Of a stretch of 64,000 nt of DNA, positions 1 to 9,262 are shown one piece after another. The notes under the pieces are model-generated. The model was not told where the DNA came from. It ran no database searches and saw only the letters and a list, made by a program, of their open reading frames with translations. Origin of the DNA: an uncultured virus (IMG/VR IMGVR_UViG_3300031885_002559) (taxonomy: Duplodnaviria > Heunggongvirae > Uroviricota > Caudoviricetes). The first letter of the stretch is position 1. Each line of letters begins with the position of its first letter. The stretch is taken from the IMG/VR virus record IMGVR_UViG_3300031885_002559, one strand, 5' to 3'. Made by a program: the position numbers and the translations under genes.

Positions 1-893
1 GCCATCTCGCGGGGCGGCACAGTAAAGTCCACCGCGAACTGCTCGTTATGCGTAGGCGACAGGTACATGCCCATAGGAACTGCGACACCGCCAAGTTTGC
101 GCACGTGCTCGCAGTTCGACGCCGACTCAAGCGGTACAACCGGCATAGTCCCCACCGCAGCCGCTTCCGTTACGGCTCTCGCGGTACCTTCACCGTACGA
201 CGGAAAGAAAAGCAGCTTGCAGTCCGCCATCGCCTCGAAAAATTGCAACTTGGGCAACCCCCACAGGAGCACCCCGCAAGGCCGGTTAAAGTCGTTGCGA
301 ACAGAGTCGAAGACCTTGTTGGAGTAGGACGCACCTTTGCGCTCGTGCCAACCAGCCCCACACGCAATGAGGCGCTTTTCTAACATCGGTTTGTGGTACT
401 TCCGGCACAAAGCAGTGTTTGCCGCACAGGGGATAACCTCCACGCGCATGTCCGGCAGCAGCCGCTTGATGACGCGCACGCCGTAGTCCAAAGGCGTGAT
501 CAACGCAGAAAAAATCTTCCAGCGGTCGTCACAGCCGCAGGTCAGAAACATGCTGGCTGGGTCAGAGTGCAAAAAGACAGCGGTCTTGGCCTTCGGAGCC
601 GCCTTGGCCACTTCGTACGAGACACTCAGGAAGCCGCTGCTCAGGATCACATCAGGCTGCATAGCGGCAATCTCAGGCAGCCACTCTGTCCAGCTTGAAC
701 GGGTATGGTACGCTACGCCATTGATGACGCGGTCGCACTGTTCTTCGGTGCTGGCTGTAAAGGCGTGGCACTCGTGAGCGCCAGACAGGCGCTCCAGCGC
801 ACGTAGCGGCGGAGACTCCAGCGGGTCGTTTACACAGCAGTTTTCCCAAAAACCTTTTGGCAGAGGGTAGTACCAGTCGCTAACGATTTTCAT
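1..893 (-). CDS. GT-B (GT4-like) glycosyltransferase, truncated by window edge
   Basis: Manual translation from ATG at 893 (ATGA overlap with upstream stop) is open to the window edge. It contains FFPSYGEGTARAVTEAAAVG, resembling the GT4 PS..E.fg...lEA.a.G motif. Confidence 0.7.
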   Translation of the reverse strand, partial: MKIVSDWYYPLPKGFWENCCVNDPLESPPLRALERLSGAHECHAFTASTEEQCDRVINGVAYHTRSSWTEWLPEIAAMQPDVILSSGFLSVSYEVAKAAPKAKTAVFLHSDPASMFLTCGCDDRWKIFSALITPLDYGVRVIKRLLPDMRVEVIPCAANTALCRKYHKPMLEKRLIACGAGWHERKGASYSNKVFDSVRNDFNRPCGVLLWGLPKLQFFEAMADCKLLFFPSYGEGTARAVTEAAAVGTMPVVPLESASNCEHVRKLGGVAVPMGMYLSPTHNEQFAVDFTVPPREM

Positions 894-2227
894 AGCCAAA
901 TCAGGGTCTCAAACACAACTGAGTCAGGCACGAATGCCACGCAGCAGCGAATGTCATTTTCGCCGTAGCTAAGCCACCACCCAGTCTCCGTGCGCACTGC
1001 GCCACACGGAAACACTACGGCGTGCTCGCTGGGCCGGTTGATTCCGGGCATCGAGCGCCGCTCTCTGTCCGCACCGCTTATCACCGGCCAACGCACACAG
1101 GCAACGGGCCGAAAGGGTGGTTTCGCCTCAAAGGCATACACGCCGACATGGTACCGTCGGCTCAGGTTCCAACGGCAGTCGTCCCTGCCAAAGGCCATGC
1201 GATGAGAGCTGTGGAACCAGTGCCAATAGAGCCCTTGAAACAGAACCGGTGGCGCACCGCCGCGCAATTCGCCGTAGGGCCAGTGGAACGTCCACGCCTG
1301 CTCAGCACAAAGCCGCAACTGGCCGTCCCGATAGGCCAACACACTGTGTGGATTGATGCTGTAAACCGCATGAATGCCCGACCAGTGGCTGAAAAAACTC
1401 CAGTTCTTTTCCTGCGCTTGCAGAACCACTCCGGGCACTTCTGTAAACTGTCGTATCCAGTCGATGGCGAGGTCGTCTCTTAGCTTGGACAGGAGCTGAA
1501 ACTTATTATCAGTATACGGCATGTAAAGATCGCCCTCATGCACAAAAAGCCGAGCGTCTTCAGCTCGTGGGCACGCAAACGTCTTAGCTGTTTTCGGCAC
1601 CGGTACCCAATTATCGTAGCATTCGCAGATACCGATTTGCGAATGCTGCCAATAGGGCTGATGCTCGGATCGGTAGGTCATCAGCCTACGACCGCGATAA
1701 ACCGCGATAGCGTTGTTCAGCCACACGTGGCTCTGCGTCTTAACCAGAGCAGACTCCGGTCTCAAGCGCTCAACTTTGATCCTACCGTCCAGAGCGCGGT
1801 CTCTCCGGCGAATACGCTCTTCGGATGCGACCGGCTCCTCTTTCGGTTTACTATCGGCAACAGCGACCGTAGTCGCATCGACAACCTCAAGCTGGTCAGA
1901 TTCGAGAAGGTGAGCCGCCCGCCGGAAAAAGGCGGATGCCACCTGCTGGCCGTAGCAGCGCAGCACAGTCAACTGCCTTGGAGCTACGCACTGAGCGATT
2001 TTCAGAAGGCAGTCTGAGGCATAGAGCTGCGCCAGACTGGACCTCCAAACTACGCAGTACTCTCCGTGAGCACGCTGAGAGGTGACAGATAGCGGCACAC
2101 CTTCGTCAGACAGAAGCAGCTCACGGTGGGGCCACGACTGGTTGTTGAAGCTCTCGCGGGCCAGCGCTAAGTCAGGCAGGCTACCGTCGTTCAGAAGGAT
2201 TACGGTAAACAGCCCGTGCCAGCTCAT
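890..2227 (-). CDS. GT2-like N-terminus plus five-bladed beta-propeller glycosidase/glycosyltransferase-like domain
   Basis: ESFNNQSWPHRELL (GT2-like start); EDARLF, EKNWSFF, LRGGAPP, VVFPCG, SYGEND motifs typical of GH130/beta-mannosyltransferase-like propellers. Confidence 0.6.
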   Translation of the reverse strand: MSWHGLFTVILLNDGSLPDLALARESFNNQSWPHRELLLSDEGVPLSVTSQRAHGEYCVVWRSSLAQLYASDCLLKIAQCVAPRQLTVLRCYGQQVASAFFRRAAHLLESDQLEVVDATTVAVADSKPKEEPVASEERIRRRDRALDGRIKVERLRPESALVKTQSHVWLNNAIAVYRGRRLMTYRSEHQPYWQHSQIGICECYDNWVPVPKTAKTFACPRAEDARLFVHEGDLYMPYTDNKFQLLSKLRDDLAIDWIRQFTEVPGVVLQAQEKNWSFFSHWSGIHAVYSINPHSVLAYRDGQLRLCAEQAWTFHWPYGELRGGAPPVLFQGLYWHWFHSSHRMAFGRDDCRWNLSRRYHVGVYAFEAKPPFRPVACVRWPVISGADRERRSMPGINRPSEHAVVFPCGAVRTETGWWLSYGENDIRCCVAFVPDSVVFETLIWL

Positions 2228-3369
2228 ACGCGCTTCAGTTGCAGACCAGAAAGGAACCCGTTCGCCTTAACGGCGACCACGTCGTCACTGCTTAGAACGA
2301 GGTTCACTTTGACGTAGTTGTCGTTTTCGACAAACGTGCCTGCTCCAGTTGGAGCGTTGGTCAGCACTGTTGGCGCACCTGCGTTGACAGAAACGTAGAA
2401 GTCGGTTGCGTTGGGGCCGGAAGTCGTGTCCGCGTAGAGGAACAGCGTATACGTTGCAGGCGGTATGCCTTTCAGATTGAACTCGTTCGTAATCGGCACG
2501 CTGAACATGTCGTAGCCGCCGACGTACGTGGCGAGCATCGAGTCAAAAGAAGCGTGGCTGCCTGCGTCCGTAGAGAGCGGAGCCACCTTTTCCAGTCGAA
2601 CACTGGTCTTAGCCCCACGGTAATCGTGAAGCCACTGGAATGGAGTCGCGCTGAAAGCCCTACCCGCGTACGCCGAGAAGTGGCAAGACGCGTCCACTGT
2701 CTCCGTGAATGCGGTCGGCGCGTACACGTTCCAGAAGTCTGTCCCTGTAAATCCAGCCGCAGCTAAGCCGGTCTTAGCCCCGCTACCGTTGAAATCAATG
2801 CTGAGCAGGTAGTTCGGCGTACCGACGAGCGCGTTGACGAAGTAGCGCACCCCGGAAACAACCGTGGACAAAATGCCCTCGTTGGTTGTGCGCGTAACCC
2901 GGTCTGGCGCAAACCGGAGCTTGCCGCCCTGACCGGGTACCCAGTTTTCGCTAAGCGTCCTGAAGTGGCGGCTCACCACCACGGGGTTCATGGCACTGCC
3001 GTTGAAGTAGACCCCAAGAAAAACTTCGTCAGAAACGGGCAAGCCCAGCCGAGTGCCTCGGGAGATCGACATTCCGGTGTGTACACTCACCTCACCCAAG
3101 CCGCCGACCACGGTGCTCACACCAAGGCCGTGGTCAATCGTAACTTCATTCGTACGCTTGGGCTGGGACGCCTTCCATGAGGGCTGCGCGTTGACAATGC
3201 CTACAACAACGCCGTCACCCGGAGCAACCGCCGGTTCACCGGATGGAAGCCGCAGCGTGTAGCCGAGGTTGACGAGCCCTTCCTGCGCGTAGGGGTAGAG
3301 GAGAGTTGAGTTCCGGGCGCACGGAGGCCGGAGCTTGGCGAAAACCGCTTTGGCTGTGGCTGCGCTCAT
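2224..3369 (-). CDS. Putative virion protein with degenerate M23-peptidase-like N-terminal domain
   Basis: AVAPGDGVVV...VTIDHGLGVSTVVGGL..VSVHTGMSISRGTRLG follows the M23 pattern but lacks the metal-binding His residues; beta-rich C-terminus. Confidence 0.5.
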   Translation of the reverse strand: MSAATAKAVFAKLRPPCARNSTLLYPYAQEGLVNLGYTLRLPSGEPAVAPGDGVVVGIVNAQPSWKASQPKRTNEVTIDHGLGVSTVVGGLGEVSVHTGMSISRGTRLGLPVSDEVFLGVYFNGSAMNPVVVSRHFRTLSENWVPGQGGKLRFAPDRVTRTTNEGILSTVVSGVRYFVNALVGTPNYLLSIDFNGSGAKTGLAAAGFTGTDFWNVYAPTAFTETVDASCHFSAYAGRAFSATPFQWLHDYRGAKTSVRLEKVAPLSTDAGSHASFDSMLATYVGGYDMFSVPITNEFNLKGIPPATYTLFLYADTTSGPNATDFYVSVNAGAPTVLTNAPTGAGTFVENDNYVKVNLVLSSDDVVAVKANGFLSGLQLKRV

Positions 3370-3370
3370 A

Positions 3371-4237
3371 CTAGGCCCTTTGAACGACGGTCAAGTCCTG
3401 ATGAATGCTCTCTGCATAAAACGTGGCTTCGCACGTCAGAGGGCCGGACTCCTTGTAGGTGAGGTCACCTACTTTGAAACCAGCCAGCCAAGCCTGCTTA
3501 ACTACATAGGACATGGATTGCTCCAAAGCACCGAAGGACGCGATGGATGTCAGTGTGCGCGGGGCACTAACCGACGCCTCCAGCCTCTCTCGGCTGGAGG
3601 CTTCGATGCTGGCCATGTCCACCCCTTTAAGCGATTCCGCGTACCGTTGCTGGGTCTGCCGAGCAACAAGTGCCTGCTGATTTTGTACAGCCAGCGCCTG
3701 CGGTGTCAGGTTGACATCGTTAACGTCGGCAGGCTTTAGCAGGTAGACCTCAAAGTTGAACCTGAACGGGTAACCGTAAGGTGTTCGGCTGCCCTTGGGG
3801 CGCAGCGCAAGGGTCTCGGCGTACCATCCCGTCAAACCGCCATGAACCCGACTGCCGCGTCCTGCCCTAACAAGCTCATGCCAAGTAGTCAAAAACGCGA
3901 GCGTATCGTTAGTCGGACTAATACCGTAGTTTTGGTTGACGGGCATCAGAAAGGTGATGCGCATGGCATCCAGAGGCTCATCCCAGCTCGGCATGTTGAA
4001 TGGCACGTTCCCACGCCGGATGGGGTCGGCCTTCATTTTCAGCTCTGGAATGGTGACGGACTGGGCATACTGAGGAAAAATCGGAGGGATTTCGTACCGG
4101 AGCCCGAGTCTGTTGATGTTGTCCACCACGGGCTTCATGTCCAAGTACCACAGATCGACCCGGTGGGGGTCCAGCCCCTCTGTCGCGGACTTCCCCCAGA
4201 GATTGATCTGGTTCTTTTCGGATATGGGCGCTCGCAT
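3371..4237 (-). CDS. Tail-tube-like / baseplate tube-initiator protein
   Basis: N-terminus (NLWG...LDPHRVDLW) resembles tail tube 8649-9257 (NTFG...LDLQRVDLW); QSVTIPE motif and tube-like C-terminal strand pattern. Confidence 0.55.
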   Translation of the reverse strand: MRAPISEKNQINLWGKSATEGLDPHRVDLWYLDMKPVVDNINRLGLRYEIPPIFPQYAQSVTIPELKMKADPIRRGNVPFNMPSWDEPLDAMRITFLMPVNQNYGISPTNDTLAFLTTWHELVRAGRGSRVHGGLTGWYAETLALRPKGSRTPYGYPFRFNFEVYLLKPADVNDVNLTPQALAVQNQQALVARQTQQRYAESLKGVDMASIEASSRERLEASVSAPRTLTSIASFGALEQSMSYVVKQAWLAGFKVGDLTYKESGPLTCEATFYAESIHQDLTVVQRA

Positions 4238-4258
4238 ACGCTGTAACTACTTCAGAGA

Positions 4259-5254
4259 ATGCAACTCTTAGGAACCTACGCTGGAATCGTCGAAAACGTC
4301 AAAGACCCACAGAGGCTAGGGCGCGTGAAAGCCCGTGTGCCGCACGTACACGGCGTCAGCGGAAGTGGAGCTGGGTACATCGGCACCAACGACCTGCCGT
4401 GGGCACTTCCGTCAGGTATGCCCGCCGGGGGCGGCCCGGCGTCAGGTGGCTTCAGCCAGCTCCCAGCCGTAGGAGACAAGGTCTGGGTCCGGTTTCTCGA
4501 TGGGGAGCCGGAAAAGCCCGTCTGGGAGTGGGGAATGCAGTCCCTGACCGACCGGGACAACATGAAGCTCCACAGCTACGATGAGACTGCGGGCAAGGTT
4601 GGCAACCCGAAGAGCACCATCTGGACACGCTACGGCCATGCCTTTGAGATCAACGCGGGCAGCATCATCGTAACGACGAGCAAGGGCTACAGGCTTCAAA
4701 TCATCGACGGAGACCCGACCGACGGGACAATCCGGCTCACGACCGCACTGGGCAACCAGTTCCAGCTCGACGACCTCGACGACGGGGCCTTCTTGCACGC
4801 CAACGTGGACTTCCGCCTCGACATCTCCAACGAGCTGAGAGGCACGTCGGACTCCTTCACGTGGCGGACGATGAGCAGCGATTTCAGCGTTCGGTCGGGC
4901 GGGGCCATCGACATGACTTCCGTCGATGACATCACGCTGACTACGACCTCAAACTTCAGCGTAGACGCCCTGACCGCCGTGGACATCAGCGCTTCGACCA
5001 ACATGACGCTCACAGCAGGCGCACAGATGCAGTTGGAGTTCACGACGCTCAACCTCGGCACAGGCGCGAGCGAGCCGTACGTCCTCGGCAACCAGTTGAC
5101 CCTCTTCCTCGACTCACTGCTGCTCTACCTCTCCACCCACACGCACGGCAACGGCAACATGGGGTCACCAACCACACCGCCCATCGTGCCGCCGCTCGGC
5201 GTGGTACAGCCCGTGACAGCCCTTCTGACCTCCAAGGTCATCCTCGGCCAGTAG
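4259..5254 (+). CDS. Baseplate central spike (gp5/gpV-like)
   Basis: DPQRLGRVKARVP and LPAVGDKVWVRFLDGEPEKPVW (Gp5 OB-fold), beta-helix-like repeats, C-terminal HTH metal-binding tip motif (STHTHGNG). Confidence 0.85.
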   Translation: MQLLGTYAGIVENVKDPQRLGRVKARVPHVHGVSGSGAGYIGTNDLPWALPSGMPAGGGPASGGFSQLPAVGDKVWVRFLDGEPEKPVWEWGMQSLTDRDNMKLHSYDETAGKVGNPKSTIWTRYGHAFEINAGSIIVTTSKGYRLQIIDGDPTDGTIRLTTALGNQFQLDDLDDGAFLHANVDFRLDISNELRGTSDSFTWRTMSSDFSVRSGGAIDMTSVDDITLTTTSNFSVDALTAVDISASTNMTLTAGAQMQLEFTTLNLGTGASEPYVLGNQLTLFLDSLLLYLSTHTHGNGNMGSPTTPPIVPPLGVVQPVTALLTSKVILGQ

Positions 5255-5330
5255 TTTGCCGTTCTATTGGGTGTGGTCCAGACACCAGCGGATGTACCCA
5301 TCAGGACTGCGCTTAAACTATTCGATATTT

Positions 5331-6101
5331 ATGGCAATCAAGACCAACATGAAGTCGCTCGTGCCTCGGCGCGAAGCGTACAAGCGCGAAATCACCCTCC
5401 TGTCCAAAGGCTTCACCAACCGAACGGCGTGGCCCGGAGGCAAAATGGTCGTCTTTCCGTGGGACAGCGGCACCGACGAGTTCTTGGTCGAGGCGAGCCG
5501 AAAAAGCAGCCGAAACGATCTCGTATACGGCTTGCTGGAGCGCCTGTGCGACCTCAACGGAGCCAAGCTGGAGGAGTTCGTGGCAAGCGAGCTAAACACC
5601 GTCCTGCTGGTCGCCAGAGCCGCGCAGAGCGGTGGAGCCATCGAGTACCAGTCCGAGTGCCCGTACTGCCACACGAAGCACCGTGAGCGCATCGTAGTGC
5701 CCGACGAGCTGGAGAAGGTGGCCGAGAAGCCTGACGACTACCCCGGCTATGACACCATCGTCCTGCCGGACTGCGGCGACGTGGTAAAGGTACGGCCCCT
5801 GCTGGTCAAGGACGAGCGCATCATCAACGAGCGCCAAGACGAAGCGAGGAAGCAGGTCTCTGACCGGGTTCTCCACGTGCTCATGCCGGTCATCTCCATC
5901 AACGACACAGTAGCTGATACGCTGACGGAAATGATGCTCTGGTACAACGCGCTCTCACCGCGAGACGCAAAGTTCTTGGAGCGGCAGGAAGACGCGCTAA
6001 CGCCCCATCTGGAGACCAGCATTCCGCATATTTGCGACCGGTCTGAGTGCGCCAAGCCGTTCACCCACGCCCTGAGCTTCGATCAGGAGTTTTTTCGTTG
6101 A
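5331..6101 (+). CDS. Baseplate hub assembly / tail chaperone protein (T4 gp26-like)
   Basis: CPYC and CDRSEC Cys pairs, VKVRPLLVKDE, ends DQEFFR, as in gp26-like proteins. Confidence 0.65.
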   Translation: MAIKTNMKSLVPRREAYKREITLLSKGFTNRTAWPGGKMVVFPWDSGTDEFLVEASRKSSRNDLVYGLLERLCDLNGAKLEEFVASELNTVLLVARAAQSGGAIEYQSECPYCHTKHRERIVVPDELEKVAEKPDDYPGYDTIVLPDCGDVVKVRPLLVKDERIINERQDEARKQVSDRVLHVLMPVISINDTVADTLTEMMLWYNALSPRDAKFLERQEDALTPHLETSIPHICDRSECAKPFTHALSFDQEFFR

Positions 6102-6282
6102 GGCGTCCAGCACGGCCCGACTGGTACGCTGGAGAGCCCTCTTTGAACTCGCATGGGACGGAAAAGGGCTCGTCCTCGATTTGACCCGCGTCCCCGACGA
6201 CATTCTTGAAGACCTGATGCGCTGGCGCAACGAGCGCGTGGAAGAAGAAAACGAAAAGATGAAGGAGATGCAGCGTCGATGA
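6091..6282 (+). CDS. gp51-like small ORF, probably expressed by frameshift from the upstream gene
   Basis: +1 frame FFVEASSTARLVRWRALFELAWDG...EEENEKMKEMQRR is open to a stop overlapping the next ATG (ATGA), with no good start codon in its first half. Confidence 0.5.
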   Translation, partial: FFVEASSTARLVRWRALFELAWDGKGLVLDLTRVPDDILEDLMRWRNERVEEENEKMKEMQRR

Positions 6283-7106
6283 TCGACATGATCGTAGACG
6301 GGAACTCGCTTTATGCCCGGTCGTGGTTCGCCGCGCAGCGCATGACGACGGACCCTGCTGAGGCGCTGCGGCTCTGTATACAGACGCTTCTCAGCCTGCT
6401 CAACCCAGATTCCAACCGGATCGGGTTCAACTTCACGCGCATGTTCTTCGGTTGGGACGCCCACCAAAACCCGTCCAAGGAGCGCGAGGCCAAGCCGCAA
6501 GAGTACTACGACACCCGTGAGATTTTCAAAGACACGCTGACCTTCATGTTCGGCGCAGCGCACCACGAGCAGGCTCCGTATGAAGGTGACGACATCGTAG
6601 CCACAGCCGTATACAGTAGCAAGGCGGACGACATCTACGTGATTTCTGGCGACAAGGACTTGATGCAGCTACAGGGCGGAAACGTCCACTACTACTCGCT
6701 CAACGAAAAAGCCGTGCTCTCCGACCACTTCATCCTCAGCCGGTGGCACGTCAAGCACCCAACCCAGATCGCCATTGCCTTGGCGGTTATCGGCGACCCG
6801 GTGGACAACATCAAGGGGGTGCCAAACTGGGGGCCGAAGCGCTGTCGCAAGCTCTTCGAGAGCGTGCCAGAAGACGCTGACTTTGAAACAGCGCTAGAAG
6901 CCGTCAGCAGCCAGATACCAGACAGCCTCAAGCCACACTTCTGGGAGTCACTGGGGAGAACCCTTGTGGAAACGAATGTGCCGGGTGTACCCGACCCGGC
7001 ACCTATCTGTCTGGCCGACCCGGCAGACGTGGAAGCCCTCGGCATCCCCCAGATCGGCTTCGCGTACCGGCAGGTGTACCACACCTACACGGTAGAGCCG
7101 TACTAG
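6279..7106 (+). CDS. 5'-3' exonuclease / flap endonuclease (T4 RNase H, PolI N-terminal-like)
   Basis: IVDGNSL, YEGDDIVAT, ISGDKDLMQL, GDPVDNIKGVPNWGPK motifs. Confidence 0.92.
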   Translation: MIDMIVDGNSLYARSWFAAQRMTTDPAEALRLCIQTLLSLLNPDSNRIGFNFTRMFFGWDAHQNPSKEREAKPQEYYDTREIFKDTLTFMFGAAHHEQAPYEGDDIVATAVYSSKADDIYVISGDKDLMQLQGGNVHYYSLNEKAVLSDHFILSRWHVKHPTQIAIALAVIGDPVDNIKGVPNWGPKRCRKLFESVPEDADFETALEAVSSQIPDSLKPHFWESLGRTLVETNVPGVPDPAPICLADPADVEALGIPQIGFAYRQVYHTYTVEPY

Positions 7107-7456
7107 AGGCTCAAGAGCGGAATCGTACCGCCGCTCGCCCGGTTGGCGTAGCGCGTCACCGCGAACTCAAGGAAGGCACCACCACTGGCGTTGCCGACCA
7201 TCTGAACCTGCGGGTAATTCGACGTGACCCGGAACATCTTCACCTCATTCGGCGATAGCGTGTTGTACAGGTCCGTGCCGGTCGTGCCCAAGTCAACCCA
7301 CGCCGTACCGTTGTACTCCTGAAAACGGTAGTTCATGGTGTTGACGCCGGAGTTCTTGATGACGGCGGTCATCGAAACCGGACCCTGCTGAATCGTGCTG
7401 AACAGCGTGCTCTGGGTCTCGCCGACGACTTGAGAATCTGTTACGTGGATTATCAT
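7103..7456 (-). CDS. Hypothetical small beta-rich (probably virion) protein
   Basis: ORF with normal codon usage within the structural cluster. Confidence 0.55.
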   Translation of the reverse strand: MIIHVTDSQVVGETQSTLFSTIQQGPVSMTAVIKNSGVNTMNYRFQEYNGTAWVDLGTTGTDLYNTLSPNEVKMFRVTSNYPQVQMVGNASGGAFLEFAVTRYANRASGGTIPLLSL

Positions 7457-7477
7457 TTGACAAGAGTGTTAGTACGA

Positions 7478-7750
7478 TTAGCTCATCTGACGCATCGACG
7501 ACGCGGTCTTTTGACGGAAATTGGTCCCGCCTTGACCGTGCATTCCTACGAGCTGCCCCGCAAGCCGATAGATGCTGTGAATGTTGCTGAAAACTTCGTC
7601 CTCTTCCGGCACGTTGAAGTTCAGCAGGCCCTGCTGAATCTGCTGGGCTTTCTGCTGAATCTGCTGGCCAATGCCAATCTCCTGACGCTCTTCGGGCGCA
7701 CCGGTCGTCTCATGGTTTTCGCCGAGAACGCGTGCAACGAGTGGGTTCAT
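7478..7750 (-). CDS. Hypothetical protein with MNPLVARVLGE N-terminal motif
   Basis: ATG at 7750 overlaps the upstream stop; the N-terminal motif is shared with other small ORFs. Confidence 0.55.
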   Translation of the reverse strand: MNPLVARVLGENHETTGAPEERQEIGIGQQIQQKAQQIQQGLLNFNVPEEDEVFSNIHSIYRLAGQLVGMHGQGGTNFRQKTASSMRQMS

Positions 7751-8286
7751 CAGAAGCGTATGCGCCACGTCAGCGTGGTCGCAAAGTCAGAGGTTTTGTT
7801 GATGCTCACCGCACGGATTTTGCGGGCAACGAGAATATCCGCTCCCGTATACAAACCCATCTCAGAGACGATGTAGCCATTGGCGTCGTTCACCCCAAGG
7901 GTGAAGGCAACCCGGCACACAAATGGGCTGATGAAGTCGATGTAGTCGATGGCCTGCGTTGCGCCGCCGCCACTGAGCGTGATCGGAGACTCCAGACTGG
8001 TGTCGGTTACCCGAGCTGCCGTGGTGCCTGTACCGACACCAAAACGCTGGGCAGTGTAGCTCGCAATCGGGGAGCGAAATCCGAAGGCGTACGCGAGAGC
8101 CTGACGGCCTTGATCGAGGAAAAGGTTTTGGCCTAGAGGAACCTCGTGGCGCTCCAGCCCCCACCCGGTGGGCTGACGGCCTTGAGGCGGGCGAATCCAG
8201 CCGTACTCAATGGCTTTCTGCACCGGGAGTTCCCGGCCATCAGCCAGTACGACCTTCGATACCGCCAATAAGCCTGTTGGTCTCAT
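7750..8286 (-). CDS. Putative baseplate/tail-fibre attachment protein
   Basis: NLFLDQGR...FGVGTGTTA..VTDTSL...EMGLY...KTSDFATTLTWRIRF pattern common in phage tail-collar/baseplate proteins. Confidence 0.6.
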   Translation of the reverse strand: MRPTGLLAVSKVVLADGRELPVQKAIEYGWIRPPQGRQPTGWGLERHEVPLGQNLFLDQGRQALAYAFGFRSPIASYTAQRFGVGTGTTAARVTDTSLESPITLSGGGATQAIDYIDFISPFVCRVAFTLGVNDANGYIVSEMGLYTGADILVARKIRAVSINKTSDFATTLTWRIRF

Positions 8287-8645
8287 GCGCCTACGAGCCT
8301 GAACGCTTCTTTCTTGGCCGCGTACTCCGGGCTGTACGTGGCCTCGCGGTGCATCCGCGCCTTCATCCGCCGCCGACGCTGCTCAAAGACTTCCTGAACC
8401 ACGCGCTTGGCCTGCGACTCCATCATCGGTGTGAACTCACAGCCACACGGGCACAGTGCCACTTGGATCGGCTCATTACCGCCCATTTCCCGGTCGTACA
8501 CTTCGCGAACATTGGCTTCCATCCGGCCACAGTCTGGGCAAACCAGTCCAGCATCCGTGTCCGAAACAGGTGGCTCTTCAAGCGCGACAACCTCGACAGG
8601 TTCGTTCTCGAAGAGCCGAAAAACTGCTCGCTTCCACTTGTTCAC
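8283..8645 (-). CDS. Hypothetical Zn-ribbon protein
   Basis: CPDC and CPCG motifs; tightly packed with its neighbours. Confidence 0.55.
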   Translation of the reverse strand: MNKWKRAVFRLFENEPVEVVALEEPPVSDTDAGLVCPDCGRMEANVREVYDREMGGNEPIQVALCPCGCEFTPMMESQAKRVVQEVFEQRRRRMKARMHREATYSPEYAAKKEAFRLVGA

Positions 8646-8648
8646 CGG

Positions 8649-9257
8649 TTACGGGACGGTAATGACCATCTGGTCAAGGTTGGTCGGGTAATAACGGTCG
8701 ATCTGGAGCCCGAACAGCAGGTTGACCGCCCCGCTCTGGGTCATGTCGGCATCCGTATACCGAAGGCCCTTGATCAAGCACCCTTCAAGCTCGTAGGTCA
8801 GGCCCTCGTTGAGCGTGTTCTCGCCCGGTACAGCAATGCCCCGGATGTCCTGAATCTGCTTCTGCATGTTAGGCACCAGCCAGCGCATGAAGCCCTTGGC
8901 CTTGATCTGCGTCGTCAGACCAACGCCGCCTGTCCGCTGGTTGGACGCCAACTGGAACCATTTCTCCAGCGCTTCCGCTGTGCGCTGCGAGAACGCGTAG
9001 CGCACCGGGATTTCGATGGCCGGAGTCGGGGTGTCGCCGCCGAGCATGAAGTTCGTCTGCTGCATGTACTTCACCTGAAACATCTCGCGGGAACGCTCAG
9101 GAAACGGGAACTTCTCCAGCGCGAACTCGACGTTCTCAGTCCAGTCGAGGCCAATGGCTCTCGGCAGGGAGAGGGTGACTTTCCATAGGTCAACACGCTG
9201 GAGGTCGAGGCGCGAGTCCTGCGACCCGAACGTGTTCTTGAAGTTCATTCGTGCCAT
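8649..9257 (-). CDS. Tail tube protein (gp19-like)
   Basis: Directly downstream of the sheath gene; ~200 aa; LEKW...G...IK and YELEGC..K.L.Y pattern. Confidence 0.75.
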   Translation of the reverse strand: MARMNFKNTFGSQDSRLDLQRVDLWKVTLSLPRAIGLDWTENVEFALEKFPFPERSREMFQVKYMQQTNFMLGGDTPTPAIEIPVRYAFSQRTAEALEKWFQLASNQRTGGVGLTTQIKAKGFMRWLVPNMQKQIQDIRGIAVPGENTLNEGLTYELEGCLIKGLRYTDADMTQSGAVNLLFGLQIDRYYPTNLDQMVITVP

Positions 9258-9262
9258 AAGCG

